From Chiloscyllium plagiosum (lineage: Eukaryota): a stretch of 64,000 nucleotides of DNA. The DNA is taken from contig NC_057719.1 in the NCBI RefSeq assembly GCF_004010195.1, positions 76,809,273-76,873,272 on the forward strand. Direction: 5' to 3'. Both the position numbers and the translations under genes were made by a program. The notes below the pieces were generated by a model that saw only the letters and a program-made list of their open reading frames with translations, made no database searches and had not been told where the DNA came from. This document shows positions 24,300-37,107 of this stretch, piece after piece (positions within the stretch are counted from its first letter, which is position 1; the number at the start of each line of letters is the position of its first letter).

Positions 24300-26480
24300 G
24301 TGCCGGGCTATCCCATTGTTAAATTTTGGCTTATTTTCCTTCACTCCTTTTCTAGTGAGTTATTTAATTGTACAGCACCATTCATGACTGGATGAGGCAG
24401 AATTGCAGAATTTTGATCTGATCTGTTGGCTGTGGGTTAGACAGGGTTCATTTCGCCCTGTCTATCATTTGTTTATGCTATTTGACACACAAGTAGTCCT
24501 GTGTTGTAGCTTCACCACGTTGACACCTCATTTTAGGTATGCCTGGTGCTGCTCTGGAATGCCCTCCTGCACTCTTCATTGAACCAGGGATGATGTCCTG
24601 GCTTGATACCAGTGATGCAATGGGGAATATGCTGGGCCATGAGATTATGGATTATGATTGAATACAATTCTGTTGCTGCTGTTGGCTCATAGAACCTCTA
24701 GATCTAATTGAAGTCCATCCCATTTAGCATGATGATAGTTCCACACATTAGCATCAAGGGTGTCCTCAATGTGGTGACAATGACTGCACAATGTTCATCT
24801 CCACAATGACTGCACTATGTTCACTCCTACTCATGGAGAGATGCATCTGTGGCAGGTAGATTGGAAAGGACAGAGTCGCATAAAACATTCTCTTTTCTTG
24901 GTTCCCTCACTACCTGCCAAACACCAACTGAGCAGCCATATCTTTTGGTCTCAGTCAGCTTAATCAGAACTGATGCTACTCAGCGACTTTTGGTGATGGA
25001 CATTGAAGTCCCCCACCTAAAGCAGAGCCCTTGTCACACTCTCTCCTTGCTACAAGTGGTGCTCAACATGGAGGAGTGCTGATTTATCAGCTGGCAACAG
25101 GCAGTACCTGGTAATGAGTAGGAGAATTCCTTGCCCACATTTGACCGAATGCCATGAGACTTCATTGGGCCCACAGTCACTGTTGAGGGCTTCCAGGGAA
25201 ACTTCCTCCTACCTTTACGTCATTGTGCCACCATTTCTAATGGATTTGTTCTGCCAATGGGACAGCATGTACTGAGGGAAATGGTGTCTGGAACATTGTA
25301 CGGATCTGAGAGTATGTCAGGCTCCCTTTTTTTAAAAAAAACAAGTCATTCATGGGACATGGAGTCACTAGCTGGCCAGCATTTATTGCTTTTCCCTAGC
25401 TGTCCTTGAGGGGGTAGTGGTAAGCTGCTTAACTAGTCTGTAGGCAGCTTCCAAGCATTAGCACAAGTAGGCATTGGCTGGGTCATAGAATCATAGAATC
25501 CCTACATTATGGAAACAGGCCATTCAGCCCATCGAGTCCACATTGACCCACCAAAAGGCATCCCATCCAGGCCCATCCCCTAACCTATAACCCTGCATTT
25601 CCCATGGCTAACCCACCCAGACTGCACACTCCTGCACTATATGGGGCAATTTAGCATGGCCAGTCCACCTAGCCTGCACATCTTTAGACTGAGAGAGGAA
25701 ACTGGAACAGAGAAATCCACGCAGACACGGGGAGAATGTGTAAACTCCACACAATTGCCCAAAGCAGACATCGAACCTGTGAGGCAGCAGTGCTAACCAC
25801 TGAGGCATCGTGCTGCAAGGTTGTACTTCCTGTTGTAATTTCCTGTGTCCAGGTAAGGGTATTTGTGATCCAAGAGGGTTTTTATAAGTCATCATTATAT
25901 CAGGTCTCACTTACAGATGTTATTGAATTCAAACTTCACCATCTGTCATGATGGGACTCAAACCCATGTTTCCAGAACGCAAGGCGCTATGTCACTGCCT
26001 GCCCTCACGAAGCTGTGACTTTTTCAAACTATGGCTTGATTAACTATGAGATAGCTCTCCCACGTTCGGCACGATATCCCAAATGTTGAAGAGGATCATG
26101 CAGCGTCAAGTGTCACCTTGATCAATGTCAAGAGGCCTGTCCATTTTCTTGCAGCAGTTTTGATATTAATCAAGTGGCTTCCTAGACCATTTCTGAGGAC
26201 AGTTAAGGATCAAGTTAAAAAATACAAAGAACTGTGGATGCTGGAAACAAAAGCAGAAGTTGCTGGAAAAACCTAGCAGGTCTGGCAGCATTTGTGGAGA
26301 GAAAGCGGAGCTAATGTTTTGGGTCCAGGGAGCCTTTCACAGAACAGAACGTTCTGTTTTTTTTGTTAAGGACCAAATACATTGCTGTGATTCTGGAGTC
26401 AGATGTGGGCCAGACCAGGTTAGCGAGGCAAATTTGTGGGTTTTAACACCAAATGGATTTTTAACCATTTCTAGTAGTTC
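24300..26480 (-). mobile_element. Fragmented LINE of family B (CR1/Jockey group), APE region plus 5' head pieces
   Basis: Minus strand VGDFNVHH at ~24990-25017 and NIWDIVPNVGELSH at ~26045-26087; interrupted by HE1 and PLE pieces. Confidence 0.65.
25483..25815 (-). mobile_element. HE1-type V-SINE
   Basis: Minus strand tRNA-like head tcagtggttagcactgctgcctcacag, V-domain-like core and (gattctat)n tail. Confidence 0.88.
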
Positions 26481-26939
26481 CATTTCTGATATCCTCCTTT
26501 CACTACATGTTTATTTGTGTAATAATAAGTCTAAATTCCTAGCAGCGGGATTTAAAATCCTATCTCTGAATAACCACAATGTAACTTGTAAACATGCAAC
26601 ATCTGAGTGCCAAGATTAAACTTTTCTTATTTCATCAATACCACCTTATAAAAGGACTATAATCATTGCATCTTCCAAAACAAAACACAGCATTTGCCAA
26701 TAATACAGCAGCAAATATTTCATTTTAATCTTTCTTCTCAGCACCCATGGAATTTTTAAACAAAGCACAGAGACTGACTCATTGACACAATCACATTGGT
26801 GCTGAATCTCGTTCAAACTATAGGCCAGAGCCTAACATGATACAATGTACTTCCAAAGTGAGACACTAGCCTTAAACTTAAATCAACAGCAGCATGATGG
26901 CCAATTTCTAAACCTTTGACCATCCTAAGTTGAGTTCAC

Positions 26940-27820
26940 ACTGGTACTGTAGCGAGGCTATTAATCTGGAGACCCAGGTCACGCTTTGCAGACCAGGGTT
27001 TGAATCCCAGTATGGTAGTGGTGTAGTGTGAATCCAGTGGGAAAGCAAATTTTAGCAGGACTTATACATTTAATGGTAAGGTCCTAGGGAGTGTTACTGA
27101 ACAAAGAGCCCTTGGAGTGCAGGTTCAAATCTCCTTGAAAGTGGAGTCGCAGGTAGATAGTGTAGTGAAGGCGGCGTTTGGTATGCTTTCCTTTATTGGT
27201 CACAGTATTGAGTACAGGAGTTGGGAGGTCATGTTGCGGCTGTACAGGACATTGGTTAGGCCACTGTTGGAATATTGCATGCAATTCTGGTCTCCTTCCT
27301 ATCGGAAAGATGAGGCGAAAGATATAAAAGAGACCTAAGGGGCAACCTTTTCACACAGAGGGTGGTACATGTATGGAATGAGCTGCCAGAGGAAGTGGTG
27401 GAGGCTGGTACAATTGCAACATTTAAGAGGCATTTGGATGGGTATATGAATAGAAAAGGCTTGGAGGGATGCTGGCAGGTGGGACTAGACTGGGTTGGGA
27501 TATCTGGTTGGCATGGACGGGTTGGACCGAAGGGTCTGTTTCCATGCTGTACATCTCTATGACTCTATAACCATTAAAACCCATCCGGTTCTCCAAAGTG
27601 CGTGAGGAAAACTGCCATTCTTACCTGCTTGGCCCTACATGTGACGCTGGGTTGACAATAATGTGGTTGACTCTTGACAGCCCTCTGAAATAACTCAGCA
27701 AGCTATTTGTACCAAATTGTAAATAAGTTTCAAAGGAAAAAGAATGAAACTGGACAGACCACCTGGTACCAACCTAGGCAACAGAAAATGTACATAAAAT
27801 TTAGCCCTGCAAAGCTTCCC
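26940..27820 (+). mobile_element. tRNA-like head / 5' region of LINE family B, split by a CR1 insertion
   Basis: B-box-like gggtttgaatccc at ~26996-27008; resumes at 27569 with aaaacccatccggttc...tgtggttgactcttgacagccctctg. Confidence 0.6.
27039..27568 (+). mobile_element. 5'-truncated CR1 3' end with an internal deletion
   Basis: LYRTLVRPLLEYCMQFWSP and WNELPEEVVEAG; tail ctctatgactctat. Confidence 0.9.
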
Positions 27821-27824
27821 TTCC

Positions 27825-28460
27825 AAACACTGGTGACATGTGGAATATTGTGTTCAGTTCTGGTCACCACATTATAGCAAATATGTGGAAACTTTAGAGA
27901 CGCTGCAGAGGAGATTCGAGTCGAAGAGTGGGGTGCTGGAAAAGCACAGCCAGTCAGGCAGCATCCGAGGAGCAGGAGAGTCGACATTTCGGGCAAAAAG
28001 CTCTTCATCAGGAATGTCGAATGCAGAGGAGATTTACCAGGATGCTGCCTGGACTGGAGGGCATGTCTTACGAAGAAAGGTTGTCATTGGAGCAAGGAAG
28101 GATGAGAGGTGACTTGTTAGAGGTGTACAAGATGATGAAGCATCGATGGAGTGGATGGCCAGAGACTTTTTCCCATGGCGGAAATGTCTACCGCAAGAGG
28201 GCATAATTTTAAGGTATTTGGAGGAAGGTTTAAAGGGAGATGTCAGAGGTAGGTTCTTTACACAGAGAGTAGTGGGTGTGTGGAATGCGATGCTAGTGGT
28301 GGTAGTAGAGTCAGATACACTATGGACATTTAAGCAACACATAGAAGATAGTACAATGAAGGGTATGAAGGTTAGTCTGATCTTAGAGTAGAATAAAAGG
28401 CAGGCACAACATCGAGAACTGAAGGGCCTGTACGGTGCTGCACTGTTCTATGTCCTATGG
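27825..28460 (+). mobile_element. CR1 3' fragment containing a mini PLE insertion (27917-28021, 13-bp TSD)
   Basis: EYCVQFWSPHY...QRRFTRMLPG; TSD tgcagaggagatt at 27904-27916 and 28022-28034. Confidence 0.88.
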
Positions 28461-28539
28461 GTATGATATAGGTTCAGTAGACTATGGTGTGGAATCAGCA
28501 TTCATGCAAATAAGTAATAGCAAGGGAAGTAAACCACAA

Positions 28540-28838
28540 ATAGAGTCATAGAGTCATAGAAATGTACAGCATGGAAACAGACCCTTCAGTCCAACCCATC
28601 CATGCCGACCAGATATCCCAACCCAATCTAGTCCCACCTGCCAGCGCCCGGCCCATAACTTTCCAAATCCTTCCTATTCATATACCCATCCAAATGCCTC
28701 TTAAATGTTGCATTGTAACAGCCTCCACTACATCCTCTGGCAGCTCATTCCATACATGTACCACCCTCTGCGAGAAACAGTTGCCCCTTAGGTCTCTTTT
28801 ATATCTTTCCCCTCTCACCCTAAACCTATGCCCTCTCC
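28540..28838 (-). mobile_element. CR1 3' end
   Basis: (atagagtc)n tail and RGHRFRVRGERYKRDLRG. Confidence 0.9.
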
Positions 28839-28849
28839 ATAACCTACTG

Positions 28850-29670
28850 AAGTGTTGCCTCAATATAGGGCAAAGAACAAATTGCGAAATAATGCTTATA
28901 TGTAAGAAGGGTACTGAAGTAGTCATGGGAGATTTCAATCTGCACATTGACTGGATAAATCAGACAGGTATGGGTAACATGGAAGATGAATTTATAGAAT
29001 GCGTCAGGGATTGTTTCTTAGAGCAATATGTTGCAGAACCTACTGGGAATGGGATGTTTCAATCTAGTAATGTGTAACGAGATAGGTTTAATAAGAGATC
29101 TTATACATAAAGATCCTCTAGCTGGTAATGAACACATCATAGTAGAAGTTTAGATACAGTTGAGGGATGGAAACTTGGATCTCAACCAGTGAACTCAACA
29201 TAATTAAGGGCAGTTAAAGAGATATGGAGAAAGAATTATCTAAAGCAGGCTGGAAAAAAAATAGACTAAGGGGAAGGTCAATAGATTAGCAGTGGCAAAC
29301 ATTTAAGCAGATATATCAAAATAAGTTTATCAGCAAAAGTTTATTCTGGTCAAAAAGAGTTGATGAAAAGAATGAACCATTCATGGTTAAGAAGTGGTCA
29401 AGGAGAGTATCCAATCAAAACCCAAAGCATACCAAGTGGCAAAAACCAGCATGAGGCCAGAGAATTTAGTTTTTTTTAAAGAAACCAACAGTGGATGACT
29501 AAAGAACCAATAAAGAGAAAATTGATTATGAAAGCAAATTGGCAAAAAATATATTTTAAAAAACAGAAAAATACCTGTATGGATATGTGAAAAAACTTTA
29601 CAAGTATGGAATCCTTGGAGGATGCAATCTGGGGAAATTAATCATGGAGAACAGAGAAATGGCAGATGAC
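28850..29670 (+). mobile_element. Old CR1 APE-region fragment
   Basis: VVMGDFNLHIDWINQ...FIECVRDCFLEQYVAEPT. Confidence 0.8.
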
Positions 29671-29754
29671 CTCAAGACTGGACAACTGGCATGGCAACAT
29701 CTAAGCTCTGCAGCCCTGCCGTTTCCTGATATGTATGATAGTGGACAATTAAAC

Positions 29755-31020
29755 AACTCATTTGAGGAGGAAACTCCATAAATATCCCCATTCTCAATAA
29801 GGGGGGGGCAGTATTTCAGTACAGAAACACTTGAAACAATCTTCAGCCAGAAGCACTATGTTGGATGATCCATCTTAGTCCCCTTCAGCGGTCCCCAGCC
29901 ACATAGATTAGATTAGATTAGACTAGATTACTGATGCTGGTGTTCAGCCAGTTCAATAAACTCTACATGATATCAAGAAATAGCTGAAGGCACTGGATAC
30001 TACAAAGGCTATGGGCCCTGACAACATCCCAGCAATAGTGCTGAAGTACTGTGCTCAAGAATTTTCTGTACCCCTAGCCAAGATATCACTGGGTCAAAAT
30101 GGAAAATTGTGTAATATACAGAAGAATTTGCACCACAGAAGTGCCAGGCAATGACTATCTTCAGTAAGATGAAATAACTCCACAGAGGCCACTGTCCCAT
30201 CTCCAAGTCACCCTTTATTTACACATGAACAGTCACTGATTATAGAACAGCTTCTTTCAGAGTCAAGTACCAGAGTACCAGTATTTCTTCTCATGTCAGC
30301 AAGGGCTCCCTGATTGGACCAGATTAACAGCCCCAATTAGGGAATTTATATTCTGTGAGATCCGCTGGCTGACCTTGTTACAATCAATCACTGCACAGGG
30401 AGAAAGCTAACCACTGGCCTTGACAATCAACGTCATTACCATTACGGAATCCCTCACTGTCAATATCTTGAGCATACCACTCACCAGAAACTAAATCGGA
30501 GTAGCCCTATAAATAATGTAGCTACAAAGTCAGGTCAGAGGTTACTAATTCCACAGCATGTACAAGACACAAATCAGGCATGTGATGGAATATTCCCACT
30601 GCCTGGATGAGCGCAGCTCCCATAATACTCAAGTAGTTTGACATCATCCAGGACAAAGCAGTCTGCTTAACTGGCACCATATCTACAAACATTCATTCTC
30701 TCCATCATTGATGCTCAGTAGCAGCAGCATGTACTATTTACAAGCTTATCTGTAGAAATTGTCTTAGAACTTTCAAACCCACAACCAGTGCTCTGTAGAT
30801 GGCCAAGAGCAGAAGATGAATGGGAAGACCACCACCTTCAAGTTCCCTCCCAAGCCACTCACCATCCTGACAAGAATTGCCTTTCCTCCAATATCACTGG
30901 ATCAAAATCCTTAACTTCCTTCTTAATAGCATTGACTGCAACAGTTTAAGGCTACAGATCATCACTACCTTTTCAAGGCAAAGTAGAGATGGACAATAAA
31001 TGCCTACATTCCATGAATGA
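29755..31020 (+). mobile_element. LINE family B fragments including the 3' end
   Basis: KAMGPDNIPAIVLK; VMEYSxxAWMSAAP-like segment at ~30580-30620; tail gatggacaataaatgc. Confidence 0.7.
30170..30395 (-). mobile_element. Probable solo LTR
   Basis: TG...CA termini, minus-strand AATAAA, interrupts the family B LINE; TSD is degraded. Confidence 0.5.
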
Positions 31021-31058
31021 ATAGAAAACAAATTTCCAGCTCCTGGAATCATGTAGGA

Positions 31059-31299
31059 CATTACTTCAAAACCAAGGTCTCCAGCTGCTGAGATCACATA
31101 GGCCTTAGATCCAAATGCTAAGAATATGTAGGCCATGCCTCCAGCTCCCACTTAGGAGATCTGACATACATCCTAATGTGGCATGCTGTGGATTAAATAC
31201 GGTTTAAAATGCATTGAAGCATCGCTGTTTTTGAAATGTAGTAAATTCTGCTCTCAAATGAGGATTTTGCTTTCAATCATTGAGTCCCCACAAAAACAA
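31059..31299 (+). repeat. Copy 1 of a ~240-bp dispersed direct repeat
   Basis: Aligns with 34373-34612. Confidence 0.85.
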
Positions 31300-31313
31300 G
31301 TACTTCAGAGGTT

Positions 31314-32272
31314 AAAAATCACAACACCAGGTTATAGTCTAACAGGCTTATTTGGAAGCATTAGCTTTTGGAGCTCTGCTCCTTTATCAGGTGGTTGTGG
31401 AGTATACGATCATAAGATACAGAATTTATAGCAGGTTTTCAGTGCGATTAATTGAAATTATATATTAAAAAAAGACCTAGACTGCTTGTTAAGTCTCTCA
31501 TCTTTTAGAATGAACATGTTGGTCTCAATTCTTTCATATGTAAATTGCAGAACTTCCTTTAAAAGTTAGTCTTAAGTGAACTTTAACAATTGGTGTCATG
31601 TCTGCCCAGATAACGCATTGAAGGTGTGAGATGCCCTGTGTGAGGCTGCTGTGCCACAATGTTCAGACTGATTCTAATCTTAAAAAATGGGTTTATAGAA
31701 TCTTACATGGATTCATGCAGTTTTTGAGCAAAATAAAATGTAATTCTGCAAATACAAACTCACCCCACAAATGTGTGCGTATGAGAGAGAGTGTGGGATT
31801 GTATGTGTGAGCATATGAGAGACAGCTTGTGTCAGAGAGAGGATCTGCATATGAATGTGTGTATCTGTTGGGTGTGTTTGTATGAGTGTCTGTGTCTGTG
31901 TGTGTCTGTCTATTTGTGTGTATAGTGCAGTGGAGTCACTTACAATGTGACATGAACCCAAAGTCCTGTTTGAGGCCATCCCCATGGGTACTGAACATGT
32001 TCATTCTGGGTACCGAACATGTTCATTCTAAAAGATAAGAGACTTAACACACACAATCCAGGGTCTTTTTCAATATATAATTTCAGTTATATCACACTGT
32101 AAACTTTTGCTATAAATTCTGTGTCTTATGGTCTTCTACTCCACAATCACCTGATGAAGGTGCAGCGCTTCAAAATCTAGTGCTTCCAATTAAATCTGTT
32201 GGACTATAACCTGGTGTTGTACGATTTTTAACTTTGTACACTCCAGTCCAACATTGGCATCTCTAAATCATG
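31314..32272. mobile_element. PLE insertion (third family) made of inverted pLTR arms; 12-bp TSD
   Basis: TSD acttcagaggtt at 31302-31313 and 32273-32284; arms ~31311-31520 and ~32015-32232; cacCTGATGAagg at 32148-32160; TG-rich interior. Confidence 0.82.
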
Positions 32273-33065
32273 ACTTCAGAGGTTCTAAGAGAAACTGTCG
32301 CAACAACAGCATTTTATAGCTATGAGAAGATTATTTTAGAAACTGCAAAGCCAACATGTCTACCAAACCCAAACAGAAAGGAATAAATCTTTTGGACTAA
32401 ACATCAGTAAGGAGAATCACACAGGGAAAAGCAAATGTTTCAATAACTTCAATATGGAATATAAACTTTGCAACGCCTCCCTCCCCTTCCACATTTAACC
32501 CTAGGAAGTTAAAGTGGACATCATAACAGTAGGAGTATAGAATTCACTGCTCACAGTAATTTTTGAAAGACGCAACCAAAAGCTCTCCTATTTGCAGATA
32601 CTGCCCTCAACACAGAACTCCAAATAGTACAGCAACAACATAGAAACAAAAGATAGGAGCAGCAGTAAGCCATTTAGCTCTGCTGATCCTTTATCTCATG
32701 GTCATACTATCATACCTCCACTCTCTCCCCATACCCCTCGACAATTTTAGCCTCGAAAAATCTATTTCTCTCTTAAATATAATCAGTGACTTGGCCTCCA
32801 CAACTTCTGTGGTACAGAATTCCACATGTTCACCATCTTCTGAGTGAAGATATTTCTTCTCATCTCTGTTCAAAATGACGTTCCCTCCCATCCCAAGATT
32901 GCAACTATCTGTTCTAGAACCTCCAACCAGGGGAAACATCAATCCTGTATCCAACTGTCCAGCCCTGTCAGAATTTTATTTGTTTCAATGATATCCACTC
33001 TCATTCTTCTAAACTCTAATGAACACAGGCCCAGTTGATCTAATCCCTCCTCACACAAACTTGCC

Positions 33066-33525
33066 CTGGCCAAACTGGCCATAAACAGGTCCTGGCCAGC
33101 GGGCCGTGGAGGAGGTCGTTATGGCCGACTGCCTGACCCTCTTCCGTGGGTATGTCAGAGCCTGGGTATCCTGGAGAAAGAGCACATTGTGTTCACCAGC
33201 ACCCATGAGATTTTCAGGGAAAGATGGGCCCCGCAGGGTGTGAAGTGCATTATTTCCCCCTCCAACTCTATTTTGATTTAATCCCTGCCCTCCCCTTCAC
33301 TATTTGATCATGCAGCAATGCCCTTTGATGTGAAGGGCACTGCTTGTCACTGGCCACTTGGGTGTTTCCTTTCTTCCTGGTGGTGGAAATTGAATAAAGA
33401 TTTGTACACCCTGTGTCTTTCACTGTGTCCCACACCTGCACATACACAACATGGGTGTGGGGGGAAATATAAGCACTACCGCAGTTAGGCGATAGTGTGG
33501 GGGTTTAAAGAAAACAAAAATACAT
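33066..33525 (+). mobile_element. Tx1-type (L1 clade) LINE 3' end with 10-bp TSD
   Basis: LAKLAINRS...LFRGYVRAW...FRERWAPQGV...ILI*; AATAAA and A-rich tail; TSD caaacttgcc at 33056-33065 and 33526-33535. Confidence 0.8.
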
Positions 33526-33874
33526 CAAACTTGCCATTCCAGGAATCAATGTGGTGAACCTTCACTGTACTTTGTCTGTGGCAAGTATATCTTCCCTTAG
33601 GTAAGGGGACCAAAACAATATTCCAGACTTGGTCTCACCAAGGACTTGTACAGCTACAGCTTCTCTGCTCTCATAGTCAATCCCTCTCACAAGGAAGACC
33701 AACATATCATCTACTTTCCTAACAGCTTGCATGTTTCTTTTCACTGACAGATGTACAAGGACACCCAAGTCCCTTTGGGCATCAACATTTCCCAATCGAT
33801 CATCATTTAGGTACCACTCTGCCATTTTGCCTTTCTTCCCAAAGTGGACAATTTCACGCTTCTACACTTTACTA

Positions 33875-34139
33875 CAGCACAACCTTGATTATCCAAACAT
33901 CAATTATCTGAATTTCAGATTATTCAAATAAGATCTCAAGGTCCCGTAAAAAGGCATTAGGTAACTCACCATTCTGTTGTCAGTTAAACAGCATTATGGC
34001 GTGCATTGCCAGATAACCGAGGCTTGTTTGATAATTCATACATTACTGCTTGTTTACGATCAGATCAGTTATCCGAACGATCAGTTATCCGGACAAAATA
34101 CTCCCCACCCGTCTCGTTCAGATAATCAAGGTTGTACTG
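33875..34139. mobile_element. Tigger/pogo-like MITE with TA TSD
   Basis: TA-cagcacaaccttgattatccaaac ... gttcagataatcaaggttgtactg-TA; the host CR1 rejoins across it. Confidence 0.88.
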
Positions 34140-34372
34140 TATATCTACCATACATTTGCCCACTTACTCAAGTTGTCCAAATAACCCTTACACCTCTTTA
34201 CGTCTCCATCACTCAATCTCATCTAGTTTCTTTGTCATCAACAAACTTGGAAAAATTGCATTTCATTCCCTCATCCAAGTTGTTGTAAGAACAAACACTT
34301 TCATTAACTTCCCCTCCTCCCCCCTCCTACCTTTGCTTTGGACATATCATGAAAACAGGCTGGAATAATTGG

Positions 34373-34612
34373 CATCACTCCAAAACCAAGACCTCCAGCT
34401 ACTCAGATCACATAAGTCTTAGCTCTAATTATAAGGATATGCATGGCATACCTCCAGCTCGCAATTTGGAAATCTGACAATACATCCTAATGCTGGGGAT
34501 TAAATACTGTTTAAAATGCATTGAAGCTTCATGTCACTGTTTTTGAAATGTAGTAAACTTTGGTCTCAAATGAGGATTTTGCTCTCAATCATCAAGTCCC
34601 CAGAAAAAACAA
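34373..34612 (+). repeat. Copy 2 of the ~240-bp dispersed direct repeat
   Basis: Aligns with 31059-31299. Confidence 0.85.
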
Positions 34613-34614
34613 TG

Positions 34615-35105
34615 CTTTTTTATTCATTTGCAGGATGAGGGCATTGCTGGCTATACAGCATTTATTAGGCGAAAGTGAGGACTGCAGATGCTGGGGATCA
34701 AAGTTTAGATCAGAGTGGTGCTGGGTCAGGCAGCATTTGAACAGGAAAATCAACGTTTCGGACAAAAGCCCTTCATCAGAGACTATACTCTCTATGCAGC
34801 ATTTATTGCCCATCCCTAATTGTCTATAGGGCAGTTAAGAGTCAACCATGTTGCTGTGGGTCTGGAGTCACATGTGGGCCAGACTAGGTAAAGATGGCAG
34901 TTTCCTTCCCGAAAGGACATTCGTGAATGAGATGGGTTTCCCGACAATTAGCAATAGATTCATGGTTATCATGAGATCCTTAATTCCAGATGTTTAGTGA
35001 ATTCAAATTCCACCATTTGCTGTGGTGGGATTCAAACCCAGGTCCCCAGAACATTATCTGGGTCTCTGGGTTAACAGTATAGCAATAATACCACTAGGTC
35101 ATTGC
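34615..35105 (-). mobile_element. tRNA-headed SINE sharing ends with LINE family B; contains a mini PLE insertion (34667-34791)
   Basis: Minus strand A-box-like tgacctagtgg, B-box-like ggtttgaatcc and tail agggatgggcaataaatgc; inner TSD ctat(a/g)cagcatttatt at 34651-34666 and 34792-34807. Confidence 0.8.
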
Positions 35106-35206
35106 TTATCACAAAAGCAGACCTGAAGTACAGAGCTCTTAAGGCAGACTAATTGAAGAAGGGTCATAATTGAAATATCATACATGCAGCACCATCAAGT
35201 CTGCAT

Positions 35207-35548
35207 TCATACCGAACCCCTACAGTGTACAAGCAGGCCAATGAACCCCTCAAGTCCACACCGACCCTCCCAATAGCATCCCTCACAGACTCACCCCAGC
35301 TACCTTATCCTTGTAACCCTGCATTTCCCATAGCCAATCCAACACATCCCCGGACACTATGAGGCAATTTCATATGGCCAATCCACATAACCTGCACATT
35401 TCTGGACTGTGGAAAGAAACTTTAGCACCTGAGGAAACTCAGGCAGAAACACGGAGAATGTGCAAACTCCACACAGACAGTAGCCAGAGGCTGAAATCAA
35501 ATCTGGATCCCTGGAACTGTGAAGCAGCAGTGCTAACCACTGAGCCAT
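35207..35548 (-). mobile_element. HE1-type V-SINE
   Basis: Minus strand tggctcagtggttagcactgctgcttcacag...gtgtggagtttgcacattctcc. Confidence 0.88.
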
Positions 35549-36899
35549 TAATGAGTTTCCAATAGATGACATATTTATGATTATTGTTCTACAATAGTCC
35601 TCTAAATGCCTCTGGTGCTATGGGGTTAACTGCTTTTGCACTTTTACCTCCCACTTGCACTAAATTGCATAACATTCAACGTTAAACAGAAAAGATACAA
35701 ATGATTCTTCCTAATCTTTAAATACACTTATTGTGGCCACAGTTTATGGTACGGCACACGAGAATTGTAAGTTGAAAAAAACTGGTAGATTGCTGACTAG
35801 GTAGGAAGTGAACAATAGGACACTCAAAATCCCTTCAGCTGGTCAGAGAACTGCTTTCAGAAACAAACTTGTGCAGAAATCATAATCCAAACAAAGTGCA
35901 GCGGATGTCTTCAAGGATGTTGGTTACTGAGGCTGGGCAGGTGGCCAAGCTGAGAACAAGTGACTGCCACTATGCCAGAATTCCACACACCATGCCAACA
36001 GCAATTAAACGAAGGGCCTTTCTTCATTGCGCCTGTTTGGGTCACCAACCCCTGTTTTGCCTTTTTGCTCTGCAGCAGGCAGCCTGTGGTCTGCCAGCTG
36101 TCAGCTCACAGGCTGCTGCCCGAAGTTGGGACAATAGGACACAATAGCTTGGCGGGAGTGGGTTTTCAAATGATCCAGGTCAGCTGAAACCTCTGACCTG
36201 AGTAACCAGAAATTTATTGCAGTTGAACTGCCAACATGAGGTTTTCGTGATTTCGTTATAAAAGCAAATAATAATGGCACGACTTTTGACTTTGGCCTGT
36301 TATAGTAAACCCTCTGATGCATCAACTCTCAATTAAGAAGACACCTTCAAGAATGTAGCTCATCACTATCTTCTCTAGGACAACTAGGGATGGGCAGTAA
36401 ATGCTGGCCTTGCCAGTGATGTCTACATCCCACAGGTAAGTAAAGAAACATTTTTTAAAATGAAGACAAAATAACTTAATTAAATCCTCCCATTGTTCCA
36501 CGACTGATTTCTGTCCAAGCTCTGCTCGCTTTCCTTTCCTCTGCATTTTCCTGCATAGTCTTTTTTTTGCACTAAATATTGCCTCCTTTTTATAAATTTA
36601 TTTGTCCATTGCCTCATCTTGTTTCCCAGACTTGATTCATGACTCATGCCCTCTATATTGTACTTTGGCACTACTCCAGATGGCAGGACCCCTTCTGGAG
36701 TTACTGGAAGTGGGAGGGTCTTTTACTCACTGTATCTAGGCACACAGACATAAACATTGAACCATCAAAGCATTCTTGTTATTTTAGCCCTGACTGAACT
36801 TTCAGCCCAACAGTAATGCAGAGCAATCTGCTCACAGTGTTGCTACATAGAACTCACAGCTGGAGTTCTTTCTACCAAGGCCAGCATTTCTTGCCCATA

Positions 36900-37107
36900 C
36901 AGTTGGTTCTGATATAACGTGTGTTTCTTCAAAGCAAATTAGCTTTAATGCAGTTGAAGAATTTAGACAGTTACTTGTAGAACGCAAACTTTCCCTACAT
37001 GTATTGACTAAAACACGATTCCAGTCCCATTAGTTTAAATGGTACGGCTACTATATGATTTTCTTATAACGCGAGATCACACGAGAACAGAACTATCAGA
37101 CCGATTG
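36900..37107. mobile_element. Tc1/mariner-type MITE with TA TSD
   Basis: TA-cagttggttctgata ... tatcagaccgattg-TA. Confidence 0.72.

Larger units (their letters stand above)
32637..34290 (-). mobile_element. Old CR1 3' part hosting a Tx1 and a MITE insertion
   Basis: QRDLGVLVH and FKREIDF motifs; tail catagaaacaaaagataggagc. Confidence 0.85.

Noticed and set aside
24778..24828. 26-bp tandem duplication; also a 14-bp one at ~42696-42726
   Set aside because: Simple slippage within decayed LINEs
36078..36116. Short hairpin gcagcctgtg...cacaggctgc
   Set aside because: A 10-bp core stem is expected by chance in 64 kb and there is no other support
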